The notes: generated by a model from the letters alone, not told the origin. 64,000 bases of DNA from Camelus dromedarius (GCF_036321535.1 NC_087437.1:71674001-71738000), one strand, 5' to 3'; counted from the first letter of the stretch, positions 26,801 through 38,100 are shown. A program made the numbers and translations.

Positions 26801-29800
26801 TAAGTTTCCAGGTGACGTTGGTCCGAGGATTACATTTTGAGGAGCAAATGTCTGCACATTGTAGTGCTGGAATTTTGTAAGTTAAGTAAACTGTGAGCTG
26901 ACCTGGTAACATGAACCTTTGTTTCCTTGTTTGTGAGGAGAAAAGGGATTCTAAGTTCCAGGTGTGGAGTATTTATAACACACATCCTCATGCTGGTCCC
27001 AGTGATGGGAGAGACTTCTTACTACCCCTTCATGAGCTAAGGTGGCACCTGTCAGGGTTCTGATAGGGGATGGGGCTTCATTTTAGTAGCAGGAAGGAGC
27101 TGGCCAGCTTCTTGGACTAGGGGTTCCAGAGGTGATTGCTTCCATAAGGACTCTACCAGAGGGGGATTGAGGGCTTCCATGAGGAAGGTTACAGGGGAGG
27201 GTGGGGGTGAGGGCATCCCTGGTAGCACTGGCTCATGGGGATTACGGGCAATATGGGTATGGAGTCACAGGAGGAGCAGTCACGCACTGGCAGAGGGGCC
27301 ACGAAAGAGTATTAGCAGGGCAGCAGTCATCCATACGGTTGTGTGTGAGTACAGACTGCCTCGGTTTTAGTCCATGGAGGCACTTCTATGTTTGCAGAGT
27401 TTTGAAGGTTATTTGAAACAGGCAACTCTTGGTTTAAAAAAGGCCACTGAATTAAAAATTGAGCTCGCCCCCTTTTCTTATTAGTATAGCAATCAGGCTA
27501 GAGAGGATAATCTAATATTATCGCCCTCACTGCCCTTTTTGTTCTCATCGGAATTACAAAATGATTTTTAATTCATACTGTTTTACTTGTCTCTTTTTTT
27601 AACTAGTGAGCATAAGCTACAAATTAGTGATTTCTATTAGGGATTGTTTTTCTCCCAAAGGGACATATTAGACTAAGTGAAATAGTTAAGAGTGACATAT
27701 ACATTCCTTTCAACAATTTTCAAATCAAACTTACGTTATACTCCTTGGGTGGCTCCTTTTCAGTTCATATTCCTTTCCAGTCACACATTTTCTTGAATCA
27801 GATGTCTTAGGCTAGAGTAGCCCGGGGAGGCTGACACACGGTCAGAAGGAGTATAAGATTCCTACAAATCTTTGCCAAATAGCTCATGATGCAGGTATAA
27901 AGATTATAATTATAGAAGCATCTGTTTCAACTACAGCAGATCCTCTTTTGTATATTGTGATTCAAACCCCAGACCTGTCTGTAACACGTTGTTGATCACC
28001 CACTGTGGATCTGGTGCCCCTGAGGAGACACAGCTGTCACCTAGATTTGGGTGACGTGGCAATCAGCGTGTTAATAGGGATGTTAATTAGAAGCCAGTCA
28101 CTACAAGCAGTGTCTTTGCTCATATGATCTTTGTGCAGCTCAACAAACACTAAGAGGTGCAGGGAGGTTTTGCTCTGTCCCACAGACACTCTCCATGGAC
28201 AAAGGGACTAGAGGACTTATGTGGCACCAATAGTAGAAAATTAGTATCCCTTTACTTTAGCCTTAAATGTTAGGTGATTTGTTAATCTTACTACTACTCG
28301 CTTACTAGACAAGTTTGCATGTAGCAAGGGCTATGAATACTTTGATGGCTCTTAGTGGAAGAGTTTATTTTTACAAAAAGTCATAATTGTTTGGATTATT
28401 TCTAACATGGAATCTGTGCCCTTTTTTTTAAAGACTTTTCCAGCAGTACAACCTCTAACACCAAGTAGCATGGAAGAACGAATTGCAGAATTGAATCGGC
28501 AGAGTATGGAGGCTCGTGAAAAACTCCTGCAGTTACTAGAGCAGCAGAAACTCATCGGTCTGAATCCTTCCCCGCCAGCAATGTCACCTATTCAGTCACC
28601 TCTCAGAGCATGGACTGGTTAGTCACAAATTTATGACTTAAAAGCTTAGACATATGAACATTTTCACTTTCTTGATTTTGTGAGTAAATATTTAGTCAAA
28701 AGAAATCTCAGAGAGCAGATATTTCAATGTCTTCAATTTTATATAGAAAGAAACAGACCTAAGTCACAGAATAAGTGACAGAAATGGGACTAGGAGGCGG
28801 GTCTTCTGATAAAAAGCTATCCCATGCAGTTAATCTTTGGTGTCTGAGTTCCTACATTGCCCTACATGTACATGGGATTGATCACAGTGTATGATTCACT
28901 TAGGACATATGCTGCAGCTAATTATATAGCAGCAAAATGATCATTTAGAATTGCATTAGCAATTACAAATTACAAGTTACTATTCTGTTAAAACCATTAA
29001 GTCATTTTCATTTGTAAATTAAACTTTCTGTTCTGTTGTTTCATTTAGGAATGTGGAAAGCTGGAAGGGGTTCTAAATAATAGAAAAGTAACTGAAAAAT
29101 TAGTTGTCATTGTATTCACATTAAAAAAAGTACTGATGAAATGCAGTAGATCTCAAATTGCTGTTTAGCCAAAAATTTTGGAATTATTAAGACCCTTGGG
29201 GGTAGAGCTGCATGAATGTTGTAGAGAGACTAAGTTAGGCCTGGTATGAGGGGAGGTTCTAAGTGTCAGGAATAGAAGCTCTGCATCAGTAAGTGGTGTG
29301 TTAAAGGGACTCCTGTGTCCTGTGGCTGGCTGAGGTAGGTTACCTTTAAGGTGTCTGCCAATAAGACTTTTTCTCACAGGAGTTACTTCCTTTTTGAAAC
29401 TATAGAGCCAGAAAGCAGAATGATTTGGAAATTATTGGAAAATGTTGGATAATTTATTTCCCTAAGACCCTTCTACTTGGTTTATTCTGGGCCCCTTCAC
29501 ATTATAGCTTTGTCTCCTGTTATTCATAGTAAGAAAGTCTAGAGGGAACTTCTGATTGACATGAATAAATTAAATCACTAAATGTATCTGAATACCAACT
29601 GTGTGCCTGCCATGTTCTGGGTACCGGGAGTACTGTGTCGAACAGGACAAGTCCCTGCCCAGCTGACTACTCCAGTATTCAAGTTGGGGAGCAGGCAGTA
29701 AACAAATAAGCAAATAAATATATGAGAAAATATCAGTTGGTGATAAGTGCAATGAAGAAGAATAAAGCAGGTCACTCTTAAGAATAATTTTATGATTAAA

Positions 29801-32800
29801 TGAGACATTTATTTCACTAGTTCTTTGAGATTAATAATACTTGCACTTCTGTCATCTCATTTAGTTTTCAGCACACCCTCGGAGTAGACAAAGCTGATAG
29901 ACCTATTCGGTAAATAAGTAAACTGAGGCACAAAGAAGTTGAGTGATTTGTCTGAAGTTCTGAAGCAAACTGGCATCCTTGTACCTGGCATCCTTGCAAC
30001 TCTTTGCAACTGTGTAGTTTCCCTTCCAGTGCTTATGTCTGAGATATTCTTTTCTTAGTAAAATTCTTGGTTTCACAGGAGCCTCGGTGGGCTGTAATGA
30101 TAGAGATAAAAATAAATCATATGCCACGCAAAACCTTTTTTGTTTTCTAGGGTAAACAAGGAATGTGCTACAAAATTGAATAGGGCTTCATTACCTCATA
30201 AAGCCTAGAAATCACTGGTTTTAAGCAGTGGTTCTTAGGAGCCTCTGTGAAACTCACTGAGATGGACATAAAGCCTGTCATTAGTAGATATAGTAAATAT
30301 TTGATTGATTCTGAAATCAGATACTTCTGAAATCTTGAAAATGTACATAATTATACTTATCATTGGCTACATGATCTCCTCAGCCAACTTTCCCATCCTA
30401 ATTTAATGTCTGCAGTAATGGTAGTAATGTAATAGATTTAGAGGATTTAAAGTTTTACTGAATAACTTCAGAAATTTCCTCTCCTTTTTTTTTTTTTGGA
30501 AAGCTTTAGATAAGCTATTCTGACCAAGCTCTCATGTCCTTTAGGGCCAGCTCTTCATTTTTGTTTCTTGCTGCAGATCTGACATGGTACCACTTGTCTG
30601 AACATTCTGGCTCTCTATGAACTGGCATGCTACTGAATTGACACTAGCAACTGAAGTTTCTTGTCTCACAGCTCATTTAAAAAAAAAAATCCTTGAAGTG
30701 TATTTATGGGCCATAATGATAAAAATGTAGAAAGAACCCTCAAATTTATAATGTGAAATTTACAGTAAGACAGATATCAAGTTAAATTTTAATGAAACTA
30801 ATGTTTATTCTTATATTTTTAGAAGGAGGAAGGAGGACAATTGAGGTGTCTATTCCAGGAGCAGAAGCCCCAGAAAGCTCAAAATGCAGTACTGTCTCTC
30901 CTACCAGTGGGCTAAATACAAGAAGGTAGGGTTAAAATCAAGAACATGGTGGTTTGTATTCTATTCCTTCTGTGAAGAAAGGAAGTGCATAGTGTCTGAC
31001 ATAGATCCAGACAGATTCACTCATGTAGAGAAAATAGAATAATTGGGGAGGAGAATTTTGGGAGGAAAAAAAGTAGTGAGGAACAAGCCTTAATTAAGTA
31101 GAAAAGCACTGGGTTGGCTATTGAAAAATGGGATAATAGCACATATGTAGAGCGCTTTATGGGTTACAGAATTAGCAGATAATATATGACAGGGTGGGCA
31201 AATTGACCAGCGGTATTTTCTTCCTTTAATAAGTGAAACCGAAGCTCATGGAGCTAATTGGCTGAATTGTCTCGATGGGTCACACGGTTGCTAAATGGTG
31301 ACACTGAGCATGTCCCTGGCTCTGCCTCCACTCTCCATGCTGCCACTGCACCGCTCTGAGTCTCAGCACTCTTCCACGGCCTTGGCTTCTCCCCTACCCC
31401 TGCACATCCATGATACTATAGTGGTCTCTGTACTTTCCATTCAATCCTTCTGTAAACCTAAACATAGTCTAAAAAGAAAGTCTATTAATTAAAAAAAGAA
31501 GACTTAGGCTGGTGAAAATACCTTGCTAATAATTTACCTCCTTTGGACTTAAGTCATCCATTCCCTTTTAGGTTCTTGCCAGTATTGAGAATTGTGTCTT
31601 ACATAATTTTTGAAAGTTAATAATAATAACAGATTACTCTCTTTCTGTCTTTCATTTCTCATAAATAGATCTTCAGGGGCTACTAGTAATTCTTCTTCTC
31701 CATTAAATGCCAGCTCAGGAAGCGGGCACTTGACACCGCTTAATCCGAGAGCAAAGGTATATGAGAAAATGTGATTGTGAAATGTGTGTAGAGGGTGAGG
31801 GAGGAAGCGGGCTGATTTGGCAGTTTCCATGCTTAATTATTATTCCTGTTATCTTAAAGATGATGCAGAATTCCGAGACGAAAAGAAATACAAATTCACC
31901 TTCATTAGAGAAAAACAAATAAGCATACACTTCTTTTGTTTCCTAGGGTAGCTAAGGAATAAGATAAAGTTCAATAAGATTTCAACAGGCAGAGACTGGG
32001 ACATTACTATTTCAAGCAAAGCTTTCCAAATAGTGTGGCAAGATACACAGGGGAGCCTTGAATGGGCTATAGGTGTACTGAGATACGAGTTTCCTCAGTC
32101 CTTGCTGTGGCTGTGTGAGGCTTGGGATAGCCCGAGCCCTGGGGCTAGTCACTTTCCTTGTCACTCTGCCCCAGGTGCTGTATCTGAGTGTGCACAGAGA
32201 GGTGACATGCCACACTTAGGTTATAGCACAAAGGGAAAATAAATGTCTTACATATTCTTTATGTGTTCTGATTTGCAAGAGGAATATATAGAAACTAAGC
32301 ATCTTACAATATATCCAAAATTTTTGCAAAAGTCATTTTTCTGTGCTGATAATACAGCAAAATATAGTTCTTTTGACTGTTTGGTCATAGCATATATTCA
32401 GGATATCTTTAAAATCACAAACATTACATTTGCGAACGTGAGCTGACAGCTATTTGATAAGGGGGGTGCCTTCCTTGTTATTCTTAGTACTAACTTAAGT
32501 AATCAGACCAAATAGTGAATGCATCAATAATCATTGAGTACTAATCGACCAAATCAATCAGTAGGCTCAGATATCGCAGTTGCCCAGCCCTGGAAGATTT
32601 GTCCTTTGCTGTTTCTTATATTCTGAAACAGCTTTAATGTAAACTGTTTTATATCATTAGTAATACATTTAATTTACTAAGATCAAATAACTTTTTGTTA
32701 TTTTAAAAAGCTGTATCTATGATTTACATAAAATACTGGATTTATTCTTTTTTTAAAAATTAGGCCTCCCAAATCAATAAGGGGATATGTCGACCAGGGA

Positions 32801-33028
32801 ATTTTGGGGAGTGTCTCTGTTAGAGAATAAAAATTGCCAGTAGCAATTTAATTTTCAGTACCTTTCAGCAGTGTAGGATAACTTTGGTTCTGTGTACTTG
32901 ATAAATAATTGTAAATCTTGAATGGTCTCATGTTCCTGATTACTTTAAATCCTTTTTGCATCTTTGTTCAACAGACCGAGAAACAAAATGAGGAAGGCTG
33001 GTTTGCTCTTTCTACCCACGTGTCGTAA
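1118..33028 (+). CDS. SPICE1: SPICE1 (spindle and centriole-associated protein 1), 5'-partial, 14 coding exons: join(1118..1220,2046..2152,4522..4637,11797..11939,12147..12284,12642..12895,14458..14589,18005..18149,19219..19443,25757..26244,28434..28617,30823..30925,31669..31756,32975..33028)
   Basis: All exons have AG/GT boundaries with compatible phases. They total 2280 nt = 759 aa + TAA. The peptides match mammalian SPICE1 as I recall it ([73 protein letters not shown]). The N-terminal exons lie upstream of the window. Confidence 0.97.
1715..1925 (+). mobile_element. MIR SINE
   Basis: MIR core ...tctctgagtttcagttttcccatatgtaaaa...ttagaacagtgccttacatatagtaagcact. Confidence 0.75.
2046..2152 (+). 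CDS. SPICE1: SPICE1 coding exon ([36 protein letters not shown])
   Basis: ttctgcag|GG ... CAG|gtaatg; 107 nt. Confidence 0.95.
2350..2515 (-). mobile_element. MIR SINE
   Basis: Reverse MIR core: attatccccatttagtagatgaaaaaactgaggcttaga...aagatcacaaagctagttagt. Confidence 0.75.
3240..4450 (-). mobile_element. L2 LINE fragment (old)
   Basis: Purine-rich degenerate L2 pattern (gtagaattgacaggattaggtgactgatgggatgtg; gatttggaaatcaacagcat). Confidence 0.65.
4522..4637 (+). CDS. SPICE1: SPICE1 coding exon ([38 protein letters not shown])
   Basis: gagaaag|GCT ... GACAC|gtatgt; 116 nt; both splice sites are weak but the frame fits its neighbours. Confidence 0.9.
4700..5910 (-). mobile_element. L1 3' end and ORF2 C-terminal remnant, antisense; older L1 sequence continues to ~7300
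   Basis: ttttattgagatataattgacat...; minus-strand ORF 5692..5874 reads like L1 ORF2 ([12 protein letters not shown]...[10 protein letters not shown]). Confidence 0.85.
7485..7725 (-). mobile_element. Young 5'-truncated L1 (3' UTR + polyA) with a 12-bp TSD
   Basis: Poly-T then L1 tail; TTTCCAACTTTT at 7473-7484 and 7726-7737. Confidence 0.85.
8428..10385 (-). mobile_element. MaLR (MLT1, C-like) element: partial LTR 8428-8673, internal region ~8674-9909, full LTR 9910-10385
   Basis: Two similar LTR copies (ccttaacttaat[c/t]aca[t/g]ctgc...ggttccagggattag...ctacca[c/t]a) flank a ~1.24-kb internal segment. Confidence 0.8.
10770..11222 (-). mobile_element. L1 (L1MB-like) 3' end
   Basis: ttttattgatatatagttcacat...gatttgcctattctggacatttc...ggacatttgggttgtttccacttttt. 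Confidence 0.8.
11797..11939 (+). CDS. SPICE1: SPICE1 coding exon ([47 protein letters not shown])
   Basis: ttatag|A ... AAAG|gtttgg; 143 nt; lies within ORF 11747..11977. Confidence 0.95.
12147..12284 (+). CDS. SPICE1: SPICE1 coding exon ([45 protein letters not shown])
   Basis: ttttag|CT ... AAAG|gttcca; 138 nt. Confidence 0.92.
12642..12895 (+). CDS. SPICE1: SPICE1 coding exon (VKKRPPSKQ...[10 protein letters not shown])
   Basis: ttatcag|TG ... GAG|gtaagg; 254 nt; ORF 12641..12940. Confidence 0.96.
13111..13250 (-). mobile_element. tRNA-derived SINE, camelid Vic-1 type
   Basis: Reverse complement reads GGGGAGGGTATAGCTCAGTGGCAGAG...CCTGGGTTCAATCCCCAGTACCTCC (A and B boxes) plus an A-rich tail; imperfect TSD tgatg[t/c]tg[a/c]tttta. 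Confidence 0.85.
14458..14589 (+). CDS. SPICE1: SPICE1 coding exon, coiled-coil region ([44 protein letters not shown])
   Basis: tttgtag|AGT ... CAG|gtactc; 132 nt. Confidence 0.95.
15130..15660 (-). mobile_element. L1 (L1MB-like) 3' end
   Basis: tttttttattgatgtatagttcacatacc...cagcccctggcaaccac. Confidence 0.8.
15680..17200 (-). mobile_element. L2 LINE 3' portion, interrupted by a hAT element
   Basis: ttcaacaaatctttactgagcacttactgtgggcctggcactgtcctagg (L2 tail); L2 sequence resumes after ~16830. Confidence 0.75.
16287..16827 (-). mobile_element. hAT-Charlie type DNA transposon remnant nested in L2
   Basis: Minus strand near 16630-16660 reads PYLCEAEF, resembling the hAT dimerisation motif TYLCE.GFS; degenerate CAG-type ends. 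Confidence 0.65.
17332..17548 (+). mobile_element. Tigger2-like (TcMar) MITE
   Basis: TIRs cagttgtcccttgaaca / tgttcaagtgtcgacta in a TA context. Confidence 0.75.
18005..18149 (+). CDS. SPICE1: SPICE1 coding exon ([30 protein letters not shown]...MDSP)
   Basis: ttttcttgag|GCG ... CCAG|gtgagt; 145 nt; ORF 17987..18181. Confidence 0.93.
18919..19025 (+). mobile_element. tRNA-derived SINE, camelid Vic-1 type
   Basis: agctcacgggtagagcacgtgcttagcgtgaacgaggtcctgggttcaatccccagtccctcc followed by an A tail. Confidence 0.85.
19219..19443 (+). CDS. SPICE1: SPICE1 coding exon ([16 protein letters not shown]...EFSPLQD)
   Basis: ttcttcag|AG ... GATG|gtgagc; 225 nt; ORF 19173..19523. Confidence 0.95.
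21155..21385 (+). mobile_element. MER3-like hAT MITE (a second copy at ~60025-60215)
   Basis: caatatggtagccact...ttgaaatgtgg...aatagccacatatg...tgttggaca. Confidence 0.7.
21705..21780 (+). mobile_element. 76-bp 5'-inverted L1 insertion with a 16-bp TSD
   Basis: AAGCAATTATTTTTAT at 21689-21704 and 21781-21796; the insert is an inverted L1 3' UTR piece plus a sense L1 terminus and polyA. Confidence 0.8.
21908..21960 (-). mobile_element. 53-bp L1 tail insertion with a 13-bp TSD
   Basis: CAGACTCTCCCTT at 21895-21907 and 21961-21973; the insert resembles the tail at 7485-7540. Confidence 0.85.
23710..23992. repeat. Compound microsatellite (GGCT)n-(TTTC)n-(TTTCTTTCTTCC)n-(TC)n-(CCCT)n-polyT
   Basis: Read directly; it generates the low-complexity ORFs at 23678-24229. 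Confidence 0.97.
24410..25500 (+). mobile_element. L2 LINE fragment
   Basis: Pyrimidine-rich L2 pattern (ggcaccttaaacttagcat; caaagctaccatcatctttc; aaattcctaacatgg). Confidence 0.65.
25757..26244 (+). CDS. SPICE1: SPICE1 coding exon ([27 protein letters not shown]...HASDMTA)
   Basis: ctacag|TG ... GCT|gtgagt; 488 nt; ORF 25756..26259. Confidence 0.96.
28434..28617 (+). CDS. SPICE1: SPICE1 coding exon ([39 protein letters not shown]...PLRAWT)
   Basis: tttttaaag|ACT ... ACTG|gttagt; 184 nt. Confidence 0.95.
30823..30925 (+). CDS. SPICE1: SPICE1 coding exon ([34 protein letters not shown])
   Basis: tttttag|AA ... AGAAG|gtaggg; 103 nt. Confidence 0.94.
31669..31756 (+). CDS. SPICE1: SPICE1 penultimate exon ([29 protein letters not shown])
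   Basis: aaatag|A ... AAG|gtatat; 88 nt, ends in phase 0. Confidence 0.94.
32975..33028 (+). CDS. SPICE1: SPICE1 last coding exon ([17 protein letters not shown])
   Basis: ttcaacag|ACC; TAA at 33026-33028. Confidence 0.96.
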   Translation, partial: TEKQNEEGWFALSTHVS

Positions 33029-33173
33029 GCGAGGTTGAGTTTCACAGTTTGCTCTCAGTAATATATTCTTGACTTCCTACTCCCCTTTCCCTGCTCCTGC
33101 TTTCAAGTTTTTGTGTTCTTCTTTCAGATAAAACTTACAAAGATCTCGTGACTTAGTACTAATGGAACAAAGA

Positions 33174-34189
33174 AATAAAGCAATTATTGTGATTTTTTGA
33201 CCTTTCAAATAGATTTCTAGCAATCAACCAATCTACAACCTCTTGTGAATAAAATTTTGACTAGAGGGAAATTAAAGTTTTATATCTTAATACATTCAAG
33301 GGTTTTTTGGATTAATATCTTTTTATCTTTACCATCTTTATTCAGGTTTTTTTGGGGGGTCTAGTATATCTTAAATATTGATATATTTTATTTTTATCTT
33401 TTTCTGAAGAACTAAGTTGCTCTTTGCATATAACTTACAATAAAATGCCTCTGTGTGATTAAAATCTGGCTTTCAGAAAAATTTAACACCTCCTTTTAGG
33501 GGAAGTCACTGTAGTCCATCACTTTTTTCCATTAAGTGAGTGTATACTTTTAAAAAGTAAGTGTGAGAGTATTTGTTTATATTTACTTCAGCAGGTAAGG
33601 GTGGTTGTATATAATATATACAATATTATAAACTTCTTACGTAGCCTTTAAATCTGAAAATGTCATCAGTATTGGCAATGTATATCAAATAAATAACGAT
33701 CATTGAGCTCAATTATCTAAATGCAGTAACATTGATTTATTGGTTTCTTTAATGTTTGAAACAGAGTGGCGTACAAAACATGGCTATCAGTTTTCCCAGC
33801 CCTGAATCTACTGTACTTTCAGGGTAGATTTTTCTTCTAGGCACCTGTTTGGTCTCAGTTATTAGTTCCTGTTTTAAACTTGCCTTTTGAATGGTCTCTG
33901 CTCCTTGGCTCTATAGGAATTCTCAGTCTAAGTGTGATGGGCATGGGGTGGGCGAAACACCCTGAAACTTTTTGGGGAACTTCCTCAGACAACACCTTCC
34001 CTCCTCCTGAAGTTAAAAGTCACTGTTCTAGGAAGCATCCTATTCATTTTTCATTTGGGCCTCTTCGTTGTGGCAAAAACATTTTCTTCTGGTATCACTG
34101 ATTTTATTTACGTGAAGTCATCTGTATATATTTGCATTATTGCAGTCTTCCATCTGCATTGCACTTTTTGAAACTTGGTATTTAATAAA
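33174..34189 (+). terminator. Cluster of candidate SPICE1 polyadenylation signals in the 3' UTR
   Basis: AATAAA at 33174, 33248, 33439, 33688 and 34184 in AT-rich sequence after the stop; the sequence cannot show which is used. Confidence 0.6.
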
Positions 34190-34592
34190 TACTATTCTTG
34201 TCTGGGATATTAAAAAATTTTAGTGTTACTCCATATATTATTGAGATGTCAAGGTGTCCACATTGTTTGTGAATGCATTCTTTTGACATGTATTTTCCTT
34301 AATATTCTCCAGCTGGTTGGCTCTTTGTTTTTCCTGTGTATTTCTTTAAACCTCTAAAATGTTTGGTATGACATCTTTAAAAGCTGCTCAAGGTTGATTT
34401 AACGTGCAGCCAGAGTTGAGAACCAAAACAAAAAAATCTTTTGCCACTAGCTCACTGGCAACCTGTGGGGCTGACATTTAAGTATTCATCCTGTTCATAT
34501 TTGTTTTTGCTGATAAAATACAAAAGTAGATTGACAAAACTCCAACAATAATAGATGCAGAGAAAAGGGCCTTTCTTTCTTAGGCTGTCTGA

Positions 34593-35020
34593 AGTAGTGC
34601 TTCTCAACTTTAGCTGCCGTTAGAGTCATTGCGGACCTTCTAAAATTCCCGGTGCCTAATCCTCACCCCAGACTAGTTAAATTAGAATCTCTGGGGGAAG
34701 GACAGAAACATTCGTGTTTTAAAAACCTCCTGAGATGATTCCAGTGCACAGCCAAGCTTGGGAATCATCATTATAAAGACATTTCTTATCCCGAAGTCAT
34801 AATTAGTGCATATTTGGTTTTAATTACCTTCATCAGCCCCTCTTTATCAGCTTTCAGAGCCAGCTGCATCAGTGGGTCTTGAGCCCCAACCAGCAGTGTC
34901 AGCATCACCTCGCTACGTTAGAAATGAGAGTTCTTGGGCTCTACCCCAGATCTACTGATCAGAAGCTCTTTTAATACGCCTTTCATGTGAGTTGGTGCGT
35001 GTTCAAATTTGAGAACCATT
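34593..35020. mobile_element. Two MER5A-like hAT MITEs (further copies at ~26745, ~41410, ~54200)
   Basis: agtgcttctcaacttt...aattagaatctctgggg...gatgattccagtgcacagccaag; cagcatcacct...aaatttgagaacca. Confidence 0.7.
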
Positions 35021-36268
35021 GATCTGTAGCACTGCAGACAGGGGAACTCTGCTATATTTGACTGTGATGTACTGCATTTGTATTTACTTTAACAGTCCAA
35101 ACTCATTACCTGTGTTTAGAAGCAAGTTTTTTTTTATAACATATAGGTCCTCCAATTTCCAGCCCCAGAAAGCTGCTGATCACTTGCTAAACTTTAATAA
35201 AATTTACAGTTCTCCAATTTGCAGCTTGAAAGAGAAGCTAGATTGATAGTTCAATCCACAGTTGAGGGTATAATCATTCCTATACTGTATAGCAAAATCA
35301 TTTGGATTGGCAGAATTTAGTAACTGTTTACTTTTTGCGAAGGTACTGTTTTAGCCACAGACTTCTTGACACTGTTATGAGGTAAGTACTGTATCCTTAC
35401 TCTGCCGATGAAGAAATGAGGTACGAGGAGGTGAGCAGTCTCTTAAGGTCACTTAAGCAGGGAGTGGCGGCACTAGACTGGGGAGGTAGGCCATCTTTCT
35501 CCAGGGCCTGTGCTGCGCTGCCCTCTCCCGGCATGTGCTGTGGAAGCCCCGTGAGGTAGTAGGTGTGCCTTATTGAGCTTGTGCTGTGGCAGGCATGGTG
35601 CTGAGCTGCACTAGCCCCTTATCTGTTTAAATCACATTGTAAGCCTATGAGTTGGTCATGTTTAAATGCCACCCACCGCCCTTTACAGATGAGGAAGCTG
35701 AGCTCTAGAGGCGGAGGAAGTGACCCAATGTCAGCGTGCTTATAAGAAAGGAAGCTAGGACTTGAAGCTCTTTTCTAAAACAACTATTGGACTTGTACTA
35801 ACTGGAAAGAAATAACTAATATAGCATAGTGGCCAAGGGCGCAAGGGTTGTCATCAGAAAACTTGGGTTCTCGTGCCATCTCTGTTACTTGGGCTGTGTC
35901 CCATGGGCAAATTAATCTCATTTTTCCCACTTGAAAGTCAGGGAGAATACCTTTCTTATAGGGTTGTGAGGATTAAGTGAGGTACATATATGTAAATATG
36001 TTAAGAACAAGGACCTGACTCACAAGCATTCAGTAATGATGACTGCCAAGTTTTTGGTGTACAAATAAATACACTGTTCCTTCTGTGTTTCTGGATTTTT
36101 TCAGACATTCTGTAGTGAATTTGTGTTTTTCTCAAACTAATAACTGGACCCAGTGCTTTAAATTTAGAGCTGTTTCACCTGAAAAGATGTTTGGAGATTG
36201 AAATAAAACATGTTGAGCATAGTATTTGAAAAATGTAACCAACATGCTGTTTAAAAATAAGTTTATCC

Positions 36269-37008
36269 AATACTGAAGGTGTGGAGAAAAGGGATGCTCC
36301 TACACTGCTGATGGGAATGCAGTTGGTGCAGCCACTATGGAAAACAATATAGAGATTACTTAAAAAACTAAAAATAGACTTACCATATGATCCAACAATC
36401 CCAGTCCTGGATGTATATCCAGAGGAAACTCTGATTCGAAAAGATACATGTACCCCAATGTTCATAGCAGCACTATTTACAATAGCCAAGACATGGAAAC
36501 AACCTAAATATCCATCAACAGATGACTGGATAAAGAAGATACGGTATTTATATATAATGGAATACTACTCAACCATAAAAAAGAATAAAATAATGCCATA
36601 TGCAGCAACATGGATGGACCTGGAGATCATCATTCTAAGTGAAGTAAGCCAGAAAGAAAAAAAATACCACATGGCATCATTTATATGTGGAATCTTAAAA
36701 AAAGACACAAGTGAACTTATTTACAAAGCAGAAAGACTCAGACACAGAAAACAAACTTATGGTTACCAGAGGGGAAGGGAGGTGGGAAGGGTTAAATTGG
36801 GAGTGCAAGATTCGCAGATACTAACTACTATATATAAAGTAGATAAACAAGTTTATACAGTATACTGTATAGCATAAGATATTCAAGATCTTGTAGTAAC
36901 CTATAATGAAAAAAATATGAAAAGGAATATATGCATATATATTTATGACTGAAACATTATGCTGTACACCAGAAATTGACACACTGTAAACTGACTATAC
37001 TTCAATAA
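36269..37008 (+). mobile_element. 5'-truncated L1 (ORF2 C-terminus + 3' UTR), intergenic, with TSD
   Basis: ORF 36458..36877 (MFIAALFTIAKTWKQPKYPSTDDWIKK...) is the L1 ORF2 C-terminus; TSD aaaaat[a/t]agtttatcc at 36253-36268 and 37009-37024. Confidence 0.92.
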
Positions 37009-37214
37009 AAAAATTAGTTTATCCTATGTCTTCTGACTTTTTGACACCCTGGATGTACTATTTAATAATTAACAGCAAGGATAATGCTCTTGTTTTTTAA
37101 TCCTGCAGAATACTTGACTAAGGAGAACATTTTAATGTTCCCAACAAATGCATGGTACAACATTTTTGGAAGATCATTGTGGAACATTATGGAACTAATA
37201 AAATATAATACAGA

Positions 37215-38100
37215 CATCTTTTTCTTATCAACTTTATTGAGAAATAATTTATAGACATTAAACGACATCCATACATACATTTAAAGAGAACAATTCATTG
37301 ACTTTTGGCAGTCATATATATACACAAACCACCACCACAATTAAGACTATTTCTGCCATCTCTAAAAGATTCCTCCTGTCTCTGCAGTGCGTCTATCCCT
37401 TGGCTCCAGCCCTAGGCAGCCACTGATCTGCTTTTTGTCACGATAGATTGGTTTGCATTTTATATAAGTGGGATCACACACCTGTATTATTGTTTGTGCC
37501 TGGCTTCTTTCACTCATCCTAATTGAAATTCATCCATGCTGTGTGTATCAGTTTCTTCCTTTTTACTTCTGAGTAGTATTCCATTTTATAGATACTTATC
37601 CATTCACCTGTCAATGGCCATTTGGGTTGTTTCCAGTTTCTGCTATTTATGAATATGGCTGCTGTGAACGTTCATGTTCAAGCTTTGGACAGATGTTTTT
37701 GATTTTCTTGGGTAATATCTTGGACATGGAATGGCTTGTTATGTATCTAACTTTTAAATAAGCTGCCAAATGTTTTTTCAAAGTGGTTGTGCTACTGTGC
37801 ATTCCCAACAGCAGTATATGAGAATTCCATTTGCTCCACATCCTTCCACATTTGGTGCAGACAGTTTTAAAACGTTTACCCATTCCAGTGGGTGCGGAGT
37901 GTAAACATTGTAGCGTGCATCTCCCTGGGGCCTGCTGTTACGCATCTTTGCATGTGTTTATTGACGGCTCGTACATCCGATGTGGTGAAGTATTCAAAGT
38001 CCTATGCCCATTTAAAAATTAGGTGATTAGTTTTTTTCTTGTTGAATTACAAGAATCCTTTACCTACTCTGGGCACAAAGTCGTTTGTCACATTGCGAAG
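37215..38100 (-). mobile_element. Older L1 3' portion
   Basis: actttattgagaaataattt...cattcccaacagcagtatatgagaattcca. Confidence 0.8.

Noticed and set aside
36458..36877. 139-aa ORF as an independent gene
   Set aside because: It is the C-terminus of L1 ORF2 running into the L1 3' UTR in a truncated copy
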